DNA of 63,185 bases, counting the filler, from Candidatus Woesearchaeota archaeon (GTDB lineage Archaea > Nanobdellota > Nanobdellia > Woesearchaeales > DATGWN01), in the NCBI GenBank assembly GCA_047603125.1. It is 6 parts of 5 records of this genome, joined end to end, with 100 filler letters (N's around TTAATTAATTAA, not from the genome) between each part and the next. Parts side by side here need not be neighbours in the genome. Positions count along the whole stretch, not along the records: positions 28,918 to 44,250 come from JBLKOU010000024.1; 5 more parts are not named here. One strand, written 5' to 3'. The translations under genes were made by a program, and so were the position numbers. The notes under the pieces were generated by a model, which made no database searches, had not been told where the DNA came from, and saw nothing but the letters and a program-made list of their open reading frames with translations. Shown here one piece after another: positions 29,058 through 39,395 of the stretch; the stretch's first letter is position 1; the number at the start of each line of letters is the position of its first letter.

Positions 29058-29408
29058 ATGGCTGCAAAAAAAAGAACAAGAAAAGCTGTACGAAAAACAG
29101 CAAAACGAGTAACAAAGAAAACAGCTAAAAAGTCAGTACGAAAGGTCGCTAAAAAAGCAACACGCAAAAAAGCGGCTAAAAAGACTGTCCGAAAAGCTGC
29201 AAAAAAAACTGCTAAGAAAGTAGTACGAAAAGCGAAAAAAGCTACGAAAAAAGTTGCAAAGAAAGCTACTCGTAAAAAAGTCGCTAAAAAAGCAACAAAA
29301 AGAAAAGTAGCAAAAAAAGCAACACGTAAAAAAGCTGCAAAAAAGACAACAAAAAGAAAAGCAGCGAAAAAAACAGCAAAAAAACGAGTCGCTAGACGTC
29401 GCAAATAA
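29058..29408 (+). CDS. Histone H1/Hc2-like basic repetitive DNA-binding protein
   Basis: 116 aa almost entirely K/A/R/T/V in pentapeptide repeats (VAKKA, TRKKA); GAGG RBS and TATA upstream. Confidence 0.8.
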   Translation: MAAKKRTRKAVRKTAKRVTKKTAKKSVRKVAKKATRKKAAKKTVRKAAKKTAKKVVRKAKKATKKVAKKATRKKVAKKATKRKVAKKATRKKAAKKTTKRKAAKKTAKKRVARRRK

Positions 29409-29426
29409 TTGCGTTTATTTTTCATC

Positions 29427-29448
29427 TCGGGTACGTAAGTACTCGAGT
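29427..29448 (+). terminator. 3' hairpin with GNRA loop after the H1-like gene
   Basis: CTCGGGTAC-GTAA-GTACTCGAG followed by TTTG. Confidence 0.45.
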
Positions 29449-29481
29449 TTGTCTGACGTTGTTAATTTTTTATAGGTTTGT

Positions 29482-29628
29482 GGCACTATTGCGGTGATTT
29501 GAGACGGCTGTCTAAATGCGAAATCTTCGTTGCATGAAACGTTGGAAAATGATTTTTCCAACGATGTTGAACAAAGATATTGTTCAACAATCACTCGATT
29601 TCTGGTTTCTCACCAAGGCAATAGTGTT
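29482..29628 (+). ncRNA. Structured intergenic element, family copy C (two extra hairpins)
   Basis: GGCACTATTGC-GGTG-AT...AGAC-GGCT-GTCT...GC-GAAATC...GATTTC-TGGTTTCT-CACC-AAG-GCAATAGTGTT; internal CGTTGGAAAA/TTTTCCAACG and TGTTGAACAA/TTGTTCAACA. Confidence 0.55.
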
Positions 29629-29694
29629 TGTACCGATATTTAACATTGTCAGTTTGTCTGAAACTTTTTAAATTCAAGCGCCTCAGTATTAGGT

Positions 29695-30093
29695 ATGGTG
29701 ACTTGGTTATTATATTTGATAGGAGCGTTGTTGCTTTTTTTCCTATTTGTTCGCGTAGTAAAGTTTCTTATAAAAGTGGTAGTGATTGTTGTTCTTCTGC
29801 TTCTTTTAGTCTATATCGGTGTAGGATTATTCGGTCCGCCGCTCTATGTTTTTGAGGATACACGTGCAATTGCATATATGGATGGTAATTTTACCCCGGT
29901 AAATTTAACGCAATCGCAGCTTGAGGCGATAAATGGCAGTTCGATACGTCAGTGGTTTGCTTTTCAAGAGTATGGGCCAGTATTTTCACTCAATCAAACG
30001 CTCTGTGAGAATTGTAGTATTGAGCAGCTATTGCAAAATTCCACAATTACAAAAATAAAAGACGGGTTTTTACAACGATGGCACCAAGATTAG
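29695..30093 (+). CDS. Hypothetical membrane protein
   Basis: Two N-terminal TM helices; overlaps the next gene. Confidence 0.65.
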   Translation: MVTWLLYLIGALLLFFLFVRVVKFLIKVVVIVVLLLLLVYIGVGLFGPPLYVFEDTRAIAYMDGNFTPVNLTQSQLEAINGSSIRQWFAFQEYGPVFSLNQTLCENCSIEQLLQNSTITKIKDGFLQRWHQD

Positions 30094-32741
30094 CATTATT
30101 TTGTATCCTTGTATGTCTGTTTACGACAGCTGTATTTGCACAGTGGTATGTTTCAGGCGAGCGTTTTGAGCTTGATGGTGATATGTATACTGTGCAAATA
30201 TCTTCAAACGGACAGACCATACAGCTTCGAAATGAACAAAATCGCGATCTTTCACGGCTCGTGTCAAAGGGAAGTAGAACAAATATTGGTCCTTATTCAT
30301 TGCATTTTGAGGATTCACGGTTACAAAATAGTTCTCTTACTCCTGGCGAGCAATTTTATCAGGTCTATTTGCAAATAACAAAACAAGAACCGTCCATAAT
30401 TACAGAGTTTCATCCAAAAAAAGATACACTCGTTGTCGGAGATACGCTGGAGTATGAGTTAAGAATAGCTCCAAATGGTTCATTTAGGGCTGAAGATGTT
30501 CATGTGCGAATTCCTACAACACAATTTGAAGTACTCTCAGTATCAGGTTGTGTGCAAAATGCAGATGCCATTACATTTTCGCAAGAGCGATTATCATCTG
30601 CACAGACTTGTCGATTTACTGTTCAATTCTTTGAGACTGCTCACGAGTATGAACTTAAAGCAACACTTTCATATAAGGATTCTTATCGCTCATATGAGCG
30701 AATAATTTGGGCAAGTCGGGTAACTGTTAATCCTGCACTGCAGTTTGAGGTTTCATTGGAGCAAGAAGTGTATGTGACAAATATGACAAATATTACGATG
30801 ACGGCAAAAAATTATAGAAGCTCGTCAGTAAAAATTGAAAACATTACGCTCATTTTACCATCACAACTCCAATCTACTGATTCTTCACAAACGCAGACGA
30901 GTCAAGATGGACAACAATATTTTTTTGCTTCAAGAACGCTTCAGGCAGATGAAACACACATCTTTGAAAAGACAGTTCGCGCACTGCAAACAGGAGAGTT
31001 TCCTATTTATTACCAGCTTCAGTACTCCATCGATGATGTAGTGTTTCAAACACCATTACAGACGCGATATATAAAAGTATTCCGTCCTGGACAACAAGGG
31101 GAAAATCTGAGTTCAGTAACAAAAGATACTGCTTTTGAGTTAGCCATTACTGTACCGGACAGACCTCTTATTTCAGGTTCAACGATTGAAGTAGAAGCTG
31201 ACATAGTGAGTCAATTTGTAGATTCCATTTATGATGCCGATATGGCATTATTACACAATGGACAAATTATTGCAAAACGATTTGCAGAGCAAGTTGATTA
31301 TTCTCACCGACGCAGATTGCCGACAACACAGGTGCAATTATCATCGCAAAATAATGGGACGCACCAACTATTGTTGCAGGTTCGCTACAGAATAGATGGT
31401 CAATATTTTGAGCAGACCAAAGAGAAAAAAATAACATTGGAGCAAAATAAACCCGTTGAGCTAGAAAAAACTGTTTCTCAGGAGAAAGCTGCACCAGGTC
31501 AAACTGTGCAGGTTCGCGTGTATGCAACTCCTTCCTTAAGTTCTCTGAATAGATATGTCACTATTAGTGAATCGTTTTCTTCACCTGTGCAATCTTCGGG
31601 AACTACCAGAAGAGAGCTTTTTGTGCAAAACACTGAGCGACAATTTGTTTATGAGTACGAATTTAGTATGCCTGATTTACAGGATGAAAATAATTCATTG
31701 GAGTTACGTACAAATTCAGAGTATAGAATCGATGACCAAGTTTTTGCAAGCAATATTTCCCAAATGGTTCAAGTACTAGCATCCCAAACACATCTTCGTG
31801 TAGTTGAGGTTGAGCAGTCACAAATACGACAAGGGGATGTGACAACGATGCGGTTTCGCATTCAAAATAATGCATCACAACCAGTGTATGATCTTCACAT
31901 ACGGCCCCTCTCAACAAAGGCGTATGATACAAATATGGATGAATCCATTTTAATATCACAGTTAGACTCTGAGCAGCAGCGTTCTGTTTCATTTGTGTAT
32001 AGGGGTGTCTTGCAGACAAATCAAACGCAACCCCTTCTTCGTGTAACGTATACTGACGTGCATGGTGCGGAGCACACACAGTATTTGGCAAATATTTCGG
32101 ATGTTCGCTCGGGAGGAATACTTGGCCCCATTTTTACAGTGGCATATAATCTTGTATATGACCCTAATACGGAGCAGTTCACATATGAATATATTATGCA
32201 AAATGTTGGCGATACTCGAGGAAGTTTAGAATTAGTGACACAAGAACAACAGCAAACAATGCAATTAGAACCAAATCAGACAAGTACATTCGAATTTACG
32301 AGCAGTATCAATGAATCTGCAACACTTTTTTATTCGTATTTGAATCAACAGTTCATGCCCTATGTTACAGTACAATCAGTGCAAACACTTCCTGTACGTC
32401 AACCGCCTGCAAATCGAACATCATCAACTCAGCAGCCAACCAGTGCAAGCCCACAAGAGCAAATTGAAGAGTCGTGGTTTTCCCCATATCATCTTGTATT
32501 TTTGTTACCGCTTGTTCTTATTGGCCTTGCATTTTATTTGAAGATTACTCCAAAAAAGATACCTCGCGATCGCTCACCTCCAGGTATTTGGGATTCGTTT
32601 AGAAAAAAACAATACGAGACTCAGTCTTCAACTTCAACACTCACATCAACTGGTTTACGTCCTCAAGATATTGAGCAAAAACTCTCACAATCACGTCAGC
32701 GACTCAGGTCGCTGCAGCAAGCTCTAAATAAGGGTCGGTAG
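30078..32741 (+). CDS. Secreted multi-beta-sandwich (BatD/DUF11/S-layer-like) protein with C-terminal TM anchor
   Basis: Signal peptide, repeated Ig-like modules, Pro/Ser/Thr linker, TM, cytoplasmic tail. Confidence 0.7.
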   Translation: MAPRLALFCILVCLFTTAVFAQWYVSGERFELDGDMYTVQISSNGQTIQLRNEQNRDLSRLVSKGSRTNIGPYSLHFEDSRLQNSSLTPGEQFYQVYLQITKQEPSIITEFHPKKDTLVVGDTLEYELRIAPNGSFRAEDVHVRIPTTQFEVLSVSGCVQNADAITFSQERLSSAQTCRFTVQFFETAHEYELKATLSYKDSYRSYERIIWASRVTVNPALQFEVSLEQEVYVTNMTNITMTAKNYRSSSVKIENITLILPSQLQSTDSSQTQTSQDGQQYFFASRTLQADETHIFEKTVRALQTGEFPIYYQLQYSIDDVVFQTPLQTRYIKVFRPGQQGENLSSVTKDTAFELAITVPDRPLISGSTIEVEADIVSQFVDSIYDADMALLHNGQIIAKRFAEQVDYSHRRRLPTTQVQLSSQNNGTHQLLLQVRYRIDGQYFEQTKEKKITLEQNKPVELEKTVSQEKAAPGQTVQVRVYATPSLSSLNRYVTISESFSSPVQSSGTTRRELFVQNTERQFVYEYEFSMPDLQDENNSLELRTNSEYRIDDQVFASNISQMVQVLASQTHLRVVEVEQSQIRQGDVTTMRFRIQNNASQPVYDLHIRPLSTKAYDTNMDESILISQLDSEQQRSVSFVYRGVLQTNQTQPLLRVTYTDVHGAEHTQYLANISDVRSGGILGPIFTVAYNLVYDPNTEQFTYEYIMQNVGDTRGSLELVTQEQQQTMQLEPNQTSTFEFTSSINESATLFYSYLNQQFMPYVTVQSVQTLPVRQPPANRTSSTQQPTSASPQEQIEESWFSPYHLVFLLPLVLIGLAFYLKITPKKIPRDRSPPGIWDSFRKKQYETQSSTSTLTSTGLRPQDIEQKLSQSRQRLRSLQQALNKGR

Positions 32742-34397
32742 AAGGGCTACCATTGCAACAGGAATGATAATACTTAAAATTGCACTAATCCAAATCATTA
32801 TAGCAATATCAAAAAAAGCTGCGTAGGGATTTCCTCCTTCTATAATTTTGAGAATTAACCCGGAGACAAAAGAGTGAATGAGTAAAATAATTCCGACAAA
32901 GAGTAAAATTATATCAAGTTCAAATAAAAAATCAGTGGGGGTTAAATCGCCTACAATTCCTGCTGCTTCACCGCCGATTAGGTTTTCAGAAGGGGCTGCA
33001 AGGATGTTTCCTAGAATTTGTGTGATTTCGGCTGCAATAAATCCTGCAACGGCAAGTCCGGCAAGTGCTCCGTATAAACCGCCGCGTAGTGTTGAGGAGA
33101 GTTGTAATTTTAATTTACGAAGTGAGAGAAGTCGTGTAAAATTTTTACTGATGAGCTCCCCGATTTTTTGTGCACTTCCTCCAAGTGTAATGGCATCTTT
33201 GAAAATATTAGTAAATTGTACAATTAAATTGCTTCCTGATTCTGCGCCAAAAAGCATCCAGGATTTATCTTTATCTGAGCGTGCACGAAGCCGTCGATAT
33301 AAATTAACGGAAACATCATTCATAGAACCAAAATCATGAACTTGCAATGCATGTAGACTTGGAATGACTGCGCCTGAGCGAATTTCGACAACTGTTCCAA
33401 GAGAACGAATGTAGATGGGATATGCGCGATCTCGTTGATAAATTTTATCCTCGAGTCGTTGTCCAGCAATACCGATAATGAAGAGTGGGATGGCAGCAAT
33501 GGCGCTTGAGACAATAAGTGAGAACCAATCTCCCCAGAGTAAAACTAAAAAAACAAGACTGGCAACAGGAATTCCTGCATAGACGATTTTATTGAGTTGT
33601 TTTGCTTCTTGAGAAAGAAAAGAAAGGTTATGTTCTAATGGATCTTTTGGAACAAAACTTTTGACAAAAAATAAGAGTCCGACATCCACAAGTGTAATAA
33701 TTGCAAGCATACCATAAAGGATGGGTTGAATATTATCTCCTGAAATAAGTGGCATAAGCATTCCGACAGTCAACATAAACGCCATGGCCATTGTGAGTGC
33801 AAGAAACACTTCTTGAATCATTTTAATGCGCTCAAGAGATTTGGTATACTCTACAGCATAATCATCCATTATGGCGTCTTGCTCTTCCATTAAAAAGATC
33901 TGTAGGTCTTCACCAAAATCCATTACGACGGCAAAGCGATCAAGAAAGTCAGCAAATATTTTTGAGGGTGAAAGTAACGATATTCTTCGACAACTATTTG
34001 CATATCCGAGATTCCAAGATCTGGCAAGATAAATGATTCGATTCATAACATTGGATATTTCACCGAAACTTTCCTTTTCAGCAATTTTTTTAAAAATAAC
34101 ACCTCGCGGAACATTAATAGTGGAGATTGCGCCTGCAAATGTAATAAATAAATGCATTGTTGAATTAATATCATTTCGTTTTTGTTCAATAAGAATGAAT
34201 GGATAGACACTAATTGCACCAATTCCGATAGTAGCAATGATATACGGTGCCGCAACGGGGAGATCTGGCAAAAAAATAATGAGAATAAAGTATGTGACAA
34301 TGGTTGTTGCAAAAAGAGGAATATAGTATCGAACTAAAAAATCAGGGATATTTCGAAATCCCATGTTTACGGTTATTTTATGTAGTAACCCTGCCAT
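32724..34397 (-). CDS. flaJ: Archaellum membrane platform protein ArlJ
   Basis: 557-aa polytopic two-domain T2SSF-type protein (TPS..F.DFLDRF-like motif) immediately downstream of arlI. Confidence 0.9.
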   Translation of the reverse strand: MAGLLHKITVNMGFRNIPDFLVRYYIPLFATTIVTYFILIIFLPDLPVAAPYIIATIGIGAISVYPFILIEQKRNDINSTMHLFITFAGAISTINVPRGVIFKKIAEKESFGEISNVMNRIIYLARSWNLGYANSCRRISLLSPSKIFADFLDRFAVVMDFGEDLQIFLMEEQDAIMDDYAVEYTKSLERIKMIQEVFLALTMAMAFMLTVGMLMPLISGDNIQPILYGMLAIITLVDVGLLFFVKSFVPKDPLEHNLSFLSQEAKQLNKIVYAGIPVASLVFLVLLWGDWFSLIVSSAIAAIPLFIIGIAGQRLEDKIYQRDRAYPIYIRSLGTVVEIRSGAVIPSLHALQVHDFGSMNDVSVNLYRRLRARSDKDKSWMLFGAESGSNLIVQFTNIFKDAITLGGSAQKIGELISKNFTRLLSLRKLKLQLSSTLRGGLYGALAGLAVAGFIAAEITQILGNILAAPSENLIGGEAAGIVGDLTPTDFLFELDIILLFVGIILLIHSFVSGLILKIIEGGNPYAAFFDIAIMIWISAILSIIIPVAMVALLPTLI

Positions 34398-34399
34398 TG

Positions 34400-36040
34400 T
34401 TAGTCTTCAAGCTTGAACGGGAGTGTATCAGGTCCTCCAGTATTGTAATTTTTCACAATATCCCAAACATCATAATAGTTGAAAATTTTCTTCTCAATCA
34501 TAGTATTAATAATCTTTGTTCTCAGTGCAAGTTCTGTATAAATTTCACGAGTGTCCGTATATCCACGCATGTGTGCAATCTTATCTTCGAGTATATAACT
34601 GTTGAGCATACCACGGAATCGGTGTTGATCAGAATGTGGGTCCCAATCAAAGACTTGTCGCGTAACAACTTTATTTTCCGGTGCGTAATACCTTTCGAGT
34701 TCTGTAATTGAGAGAACACGACGTAAACTTCGTCCATTCTGGTTAATTGCCATTTGAATGAGGCAAATGTTTAAGTTATCGATAAAGGAAATTGGAATAT
34801 TAATAGGGTGTCCTGTTAAACGCTGAATCATAGACGTAACGCTTCCTGCGTGAAATGTAGAGAGAACTGGGTGTCCTGTCTGCATGGCTTGAAAGGCAAT
34901 ATTTCCTTCTACGCCTCGAATCTCTCCTACGATGATATAGTTTGGACGACTTCGAAGCGCAGCAAGTAGGAGAATTTCATAAGTAACGTCTGAGCGTTTT
35001 CCTGCTTCTCGAGTAAGTAAGTGCTGCCAAACATCATGGGGCATGGTGATTTCAGGAGTGTTTTCAACAGTATATACTTTATCTGTTGGTTTGATAAAAA
35101 CACACATGGCGTTCATAGTTGTTGTTTTTCCTGAGGCTGTTTCTCCACAGACAAATAAATTCATTCCGTTTTCTAAACAAAGCCAAAGATATGCTGCAAC
35201 TTGTGATGACATGGTTCCCCAGTTAACAATTTGTGTAATACTTACTGGAACTTCGCTAAACTTTCGCAGTGTGAAACTGGAGCCTTCAAGAGAGACATCG
35301 CGTCCATAAATAAAGTTCGCACGGCTTCCGTCCGGCATCATCGCATCTATAACAGAGTTTGCATCGGATGCTGGTCGCTCAACACGCTCACTCATCTCAA
35401 CCACGAATTTATTGAGTGTGACGTCATCCGGAAAGTCAATATTGGTATATACCATGTCAAAGACTTTGTGAATGAGTTTAATTGTTCCAACACCCGTACA
35501 GTGAATATCCTCTGGATTAGGATCTAAAAAGAGCGGTTCTAATTTTCCATATCCGAGTCGGTTTCGAATGATGAGATATTTAATCGTATTATACTCGTCA
35601 AGGGTGAGCGCTATCTTCGGATTAATCATGCTTTGCAGTTTATTAGTATGGTCGCTTACAGTGACAATTTTATTGAAAATTTTGAGGATGACTGACTCAA
35701 TTTCACGAATATCATTTGGTAATGGATAGGTATTTGCGACCTCAACCATTTTATCTATAACTTGCTCGTATTTTTCAATTTGTTCTTCGCTTACACGTGG
35801 CTCGATCGCATTATAATGAAAAATTCCATTCTTATCTTTGAAAATGTGAATGAAAATTGGGTCTCCAACAGGATAAATGATATTTGGGTTTTTGACTTTT
35901 TTGAGTGCAGGAGTACACTCTACAACATACGTTGGCATAAAACCACCATCTTTAAGCCATTTATTGATATAAGTTCGAAAGTGGTAGAATTTTTTCATTG
36001 CTTCATTAAAGCTTGCTGTTTTTGTTCTTTTTTCTGCCAT
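34400..36040 (-). CDS. flaI: Archaellum motor ATPase ArlI
   Basis: NIIYPVGDPIFIHI, Walker A GETASGKT, LRSRPNYIIVGEIRG, AFQAMQTGH. Confidence 0.95.
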   Translation of the reverse strand: MAEKRTKTASFNEAMKKFYHFRTYINKWLKDGGFMPTYVVECTPALKKVKNPNIIYPVGDPIFIHIFKDKNGIFHYNAIEPRVSEEQIEKYEQVIDKMVEVANTYPLPNDIREIESVILKIFNKIVTVSDHTNKLQSMINPKIALTLDEYNTIKYLIIRNRLGYGKLEPLFLDPNPEDIHCTGVGTIKLIHKVFDMVYTNIDFPDDVTLNKFVVEMSERVERPASDANSVIDAMMPDGSRANFIYGRDVSLEGSSFTLRKFSEVPVSITQIVNWGTMSSQVAAYLWLCLENGMNLFVCGETASGKTTTMNAMCVFIKPTDKVYTVENTPEITMPHDVWQHLLTREAGKRSDVTYEILLLAALRSRPNYIIVGEIRGVEGNIAFQAMQTGHPVLSTFHAGSVTSMIQRLTGHPINIPISFIDNLNICLIQMAINQNGRSLRRVLSITELERYYAPENKVVTRQVFDWDPHSDQHRFRGMLNSYILEDKIAHMRGYTDTREIYTELALRTKIINTMIEKKIFNYYDVWDIVKNYNTGGPDTLPFKLED

Positions 36041-36044
36041 TTTT

Positions 36045-36743
36045 CTAACTCAAACTCGCCAATTCAATACTAAATCCTTTTCCAGGAATCACCTTAAACG
36101 GTGTCATCGTTACAACTTCTCCTATTGCTCGATTAAATCGAACTGCGTTAATAATTCGAAGTAAATTACCCAAAACCATTCGTGCTTCTACATCTAGATA
36201 AACGTCACAAGATGAACGCAGTATGTTCAAAAAATTCGGGTTAAGTTGTTCGGGATTAACTGTAAATAAAATTGTTTTATTGTATGTGTTTATTTTTTTA
36301 ATAAAACTCATTAGCTCAAAACTATTTTCTTTTGTTTGCTTATCATTAACTAATAAAAATGAGAGTGTGTCAAAAATAATGACATCGGAGTCAAATATTT
36401 TTTTTGTTTTGAGTAAATCGTGCATGTAACTTTCTTTTAATTTAAATTTTCCTAGCTGTGGAAATATTGGTATGAATACAAGTCGTTCGTTAAGAATGTG
36501 ATCGCTGACGGGGTAGTCTACTGACTCCATCTGTTCTATGAATCCTTTTAGGTTTAATTCAGAGCTAATGTATGTTACTTTGTAATTTTGCTCAAGCAGT
36601 CCGTACGCAATACGTTGTGAAATAATACTTTTTCCAGCTCCATCTTTTCCTTCTAATAATATGATTGAGTTATGTGGTATGCCACCTCCAAAATTTCGGT
36701 TCAATTCATCCCGCTCCATAAATATAGAAAGTGCTTTTGCCAT
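36045..36743 (-). CDS. flaH: Archaellum KaiC/RecA-like ATP-binding protein ArlH
   Basis: RDEL...GGGIP, GKDGAGKSI.SQR..YG, C-terminal F.V.PG.G..IE. Confidence 0.92.
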   Translation of the reverse strand: MAKALSIFMERDELNRNFGGGIPHNSIILLEGKDGAGKSIISQRIAYGLLEQNYKVTYISSELNLKGFIEQMESVDYPVSDHILNERLVFIPIFPQLGKFKLKESYMHDLLKTKKIFDSDVIIFDTLSFLLVNDKQTKENSFELMSFIKKINTYNKTILFTVNPEQLNPNFLNILRSSCDVYLDVEARMVLGNLLRIINAVRFNRAIGEVVTMTPFKVIPGKGFSIELASLS

Positions 36744-37841
36744 TTAGCTCACCTCCACTGTTGCTGTTTGTTGTATGCCCGATTGTGTTGAAAATGTGAT
36801 GATGTGCGATCCGCTTTCAAGAGGTTTGTAAATATCGATTTGTGCAAATTCTTGCGGATCCCAAAGTCGAGGGTTTTGTATTTCAACAGTTTTTTGATAG
36901 AGTTGCCCGATTTCTTGACTGGTGAGTGTTCGCTGGTAAAAGGCAAATTCGTCAAGAAGTCCTTGATAAAAATTAAATCCGTCAGTTCCTATGTAAAGCG
37001 GTTCACTTGTGCTTGTCATAGTTGTGTCGGTACTAAGTAACTGTTCTCCATCAAGGTACATAGTTATTGTATTATTGGAAAATGTGATTGCAATCATGCT
37101 CCAAGCCTGTTTTGGAATCGTTGCTTGACTCAGTGTTGTTGTTGGTCCGCTTTCTGCACGAAATGCAAGCCGGTCATCTTGAATACTGATTCTATATCCA
37201 TTTGATCCACTTGATTGTGTAAAGATGGGGTGTACATTTTCTGTTACGGTTGGATATACCCAAACAACCCATGTGTAATTAAGAGACGCACTTACGCTTG
37301 GTGCTCCTGTAATTTGACCGTATGCTGATCCGTTGAGTTGGAGACTTTGACCGAAGGGTGCATTTGACGAGTATGTTGTGCTTGTGAGTGTCATATTTGC
37401 AGTGTTTGCATAATCTTTTGCAAGTGTGAGTGTTTCTCCTCGATCTTCTTGATTATTAAAGTGGAATAAAAGCGCAAGTGCTTCTTGTTCAAATTCATGG
37501 CCAAAACCGATTTGACCGCACGGAAGTGTTCGACAAGGACTAATAAGACCCGCTGTTTGACTTCGAGGAATAATTTGAGAATTAACATAAATATCAACCA
37601 TATTTCTATCAATGATACTCGAGCCAGTATTTTGTATTTGAACACTAATAGTGTTGTCTTGGTACATTGTTTGCAGTATTTGAAAATTTGTCATTTTGGT
37701 TGTTTGGAGGAGTTGTAAACTTTGGGCGTTTAAGTCAATCTGGGTACTCAGACTTTGTTGTTGCATGGAGTAGAGATGAAACACAACAATGAAAAAAATA
37801 AGGATGAGTGTCACCTGTCCGATAATGCTTGCCAGTCCCAT
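36744..37841 (-). CDS. flaF: ArlF-like stator protein with an inserted LamG/concanavalin-like domain
   Basis: MGLAS start, NTGS...DIYVN and LWDPQE ArlF/G motifs flanking a LamG-like segment (WVYP...W...AIT...YLDG...G.LDEFAFY..L...EI..LY). Confidence 0.75.
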   Translation of the reverse strand: MGLASIIGQVTLILIFFIVVFHLYSMQQQSLSTQIDLNAQSLQLLQTTKMTNFQILQTMYQDNTISVQIQNTGSSIIDRNMVDIYVNSQIIPRSQTAGLISPCRTLPCGQIGFGHEFEQEALALLFHFNNQEDRGETLTLAKDYANTANMTLTSTTYSSNAPFGQSLQLNGSAYGQITGAPSVSASLNYTWVVWVYPTVTENVHPIFTQSSGSNGYRISIQDDRLAFRAESGPTTTLSQATIPKQAWSMIAITFSNNTITMYLDGEQLLSTDTTMTSTSEPLYIGTDGFNFYQGLLDEFAFYQRTLTSQEIGQLYQKTVEIQNPRLWDPQEFAQIDIYKPLESGSHIITFSTQSGIQQTATVEVS

Positions 37842-38293
37842 TATATACTAAATTCTTTACTTACATCGCTCTGATATGGGGAGACAATGCGAAACGTGTG
37901 CGTTCCAGACTCGAGTGTGATATTAATAACACCGTAGAGCACTTCTGTCGGGTCCCACACGCCGATATTTCTGGTATCGGTATCAGCCACCAGCTCTAAG
38001 AGTCTGTCTGAACTATTGCCAATCCATTGTTGATTGACATAAATTGAAAGTTGCTGGGGGCGCATTTGTGTTGATCCTGTATTTTTAACATAAAATGTGA
38101 GTTGATCATTTTCGTAGTTGAGCAGCTCAATATTCATTGCGGTAAGCAGTTGTTGGTTTAAAAGGTCTTGACGGGTGGAAATAGTTGATGATGTTTGTCC
38201 AAGTTGGTTTTGAAAGACTGTTACAAGAGCAACAGATGCTCCAAGAACTGCTATAAGCAGTATCATTTGTGATGCTATGTCTCCAAAACCCAT
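37841..38293 (-). CDS. flaG: Archaellum stator protein ArlG
   Basis: SQMILLIAV, FYVKNTGS, WDPTE motifs. Confidence 0.85.
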   Translation of the reverse strand: MGFGDIASQMILLIAVLGASVALVTVFQNQLGQTSSTISTRQDLLNQQLLTAMNIELLNYENDQLTFYVKNTGSTQMRPQQLSIYVNQQWIGNSSDRLLELVADTDTRNIGVWDPTEVLYGVINITLESGTHTFRIVSPYQSDVSKEFSI

Positions 38294-38399
38294 TGTTTCA
38301 CCGCAGTATACACTTTAGGATATTAGTGTATGAGAAATGTATCTGAACAAGTTTATAAATATTTCCATTTATTCGATATTACCGAATAAGTGAATGGCT

Positions 38400-39323
38400 T
38401 CATTCATCATGTAAATGATCGCTTAAGATGGCAATGAGTTCTTTTTTATTCTTTGTATTTTGGAGCTGTTTTGCGACATTCTCATTAATATGAACCTGGG
38501 ACCACTTGAATACTTGTTCTTTGAAGGTGTCATAATCCTCTCCAGAAAGCATGGCAAGTTCCCCGATGACTTCATTTACTGCGCTAAGTTTTTTTCCCGT
38601 TGTGGGTGATTCTAGTATGACGGTTTGCTGTTTTGGAGTTTTTTTTGTGTTTTCTTGCTCTTGCGATTCAACAAATGGATTATATTGGTTGATGACAAGT
38701 TCATATAAACTGATAAATTTATCGAGATTTTTATCAATTTGATCGAATTTTTTTTCATATTTTTCAATTGTTTTGTCGATCTGGTCAACGCGTTCTATGA
38801 GTTGGGCAATTTTGCTCGTTGTTTTTGCATTCTCTTCATCTGATTTTTTATCGGCATCTTGCTGGCGTTTGAGAAGCTCTTTCATCTCATCCATGATGAG
38901 CTGAATCATTGAATCATCGGATTCTGGCATGGATTCAATTCGTTGTTGCTGCGCTTTTTGGGGTGAATTGGATTGTTTTGTTGTAGGCGTGGCTTCTGAT
39001 TTTTTTTGTTTTTCTTCTTTTTGTAGTGTTTTTATAATGGGCGTAATTGATTCTTTTCGGGCCACCTTATCAAATAAGAGAAGTAATTGTTCCATCGCCT
39101 GATCATTTGGTTGTTTTTGATCTTTTGCAAGCTCTTTGACAAGCATGACTGCAGCGTCTTCAATTTGAGGAATGTCTTCTTCTTGTATATCTTCTTGTTC
39201 GAGTGCTTTGAGAAGTTCAATAATATCGTTTAAAACATGTTGTGGAGGTTGTGGCGTAATTTGTTCTATGAGCATTTTAGCAATTTGCTCAGGACTCATG
39301 TCTGCCGTATTTGTTACTTTCAT
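38400..39323 (-). CDS. flaC: ArlC(/D/E)-like accessory protein
   Basis: Coiled coil ending in FISLYELVINQYNPFV (FlaC-like LYE.V...NPF); position between arlB and arlG. Confidence 0.6.
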   Translation of the reverse strand: MKVTNTADMSPEQIAKMLIEQITPQPPQHVLNDIIELLKALEQEDIQEEDIPQIEDAAVMLVKELAKDQKQPNDQAMEQLLLLFDKVARKESITPIIKTLQKEEKQKKSEATPTTKQSNSPQKAQQQRIESMPESDDSMIQLIMDEMKELLKRQQDADKKSDEENAKTTSKIAQLIERVDQIDKTIEKYEKKFDQIDKNLDKFISLYELVINQYNPFVESQEQENTKKTPKQQTVILESPTTGKKLSAVNEVIGELAMLSGEDYDTFKEQVFKWSQVHINENVAKQLQNTKNKKELIAILSDHLHDE

Positions 39324-39395
39324 TGAAACCTCTTTTTGAAATGATACTTTGCTTTGTGCACTCTTGCTTTAAATACTTTTTACATTTTTGTGTAT

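Noticed and set aside
29018..29425. Minus-strand Phe/Ala-rich 135-aa ORF
   Set aside because: Antisense shadow of the Lys-rich H1-like gene, which has the RBS and promoter.
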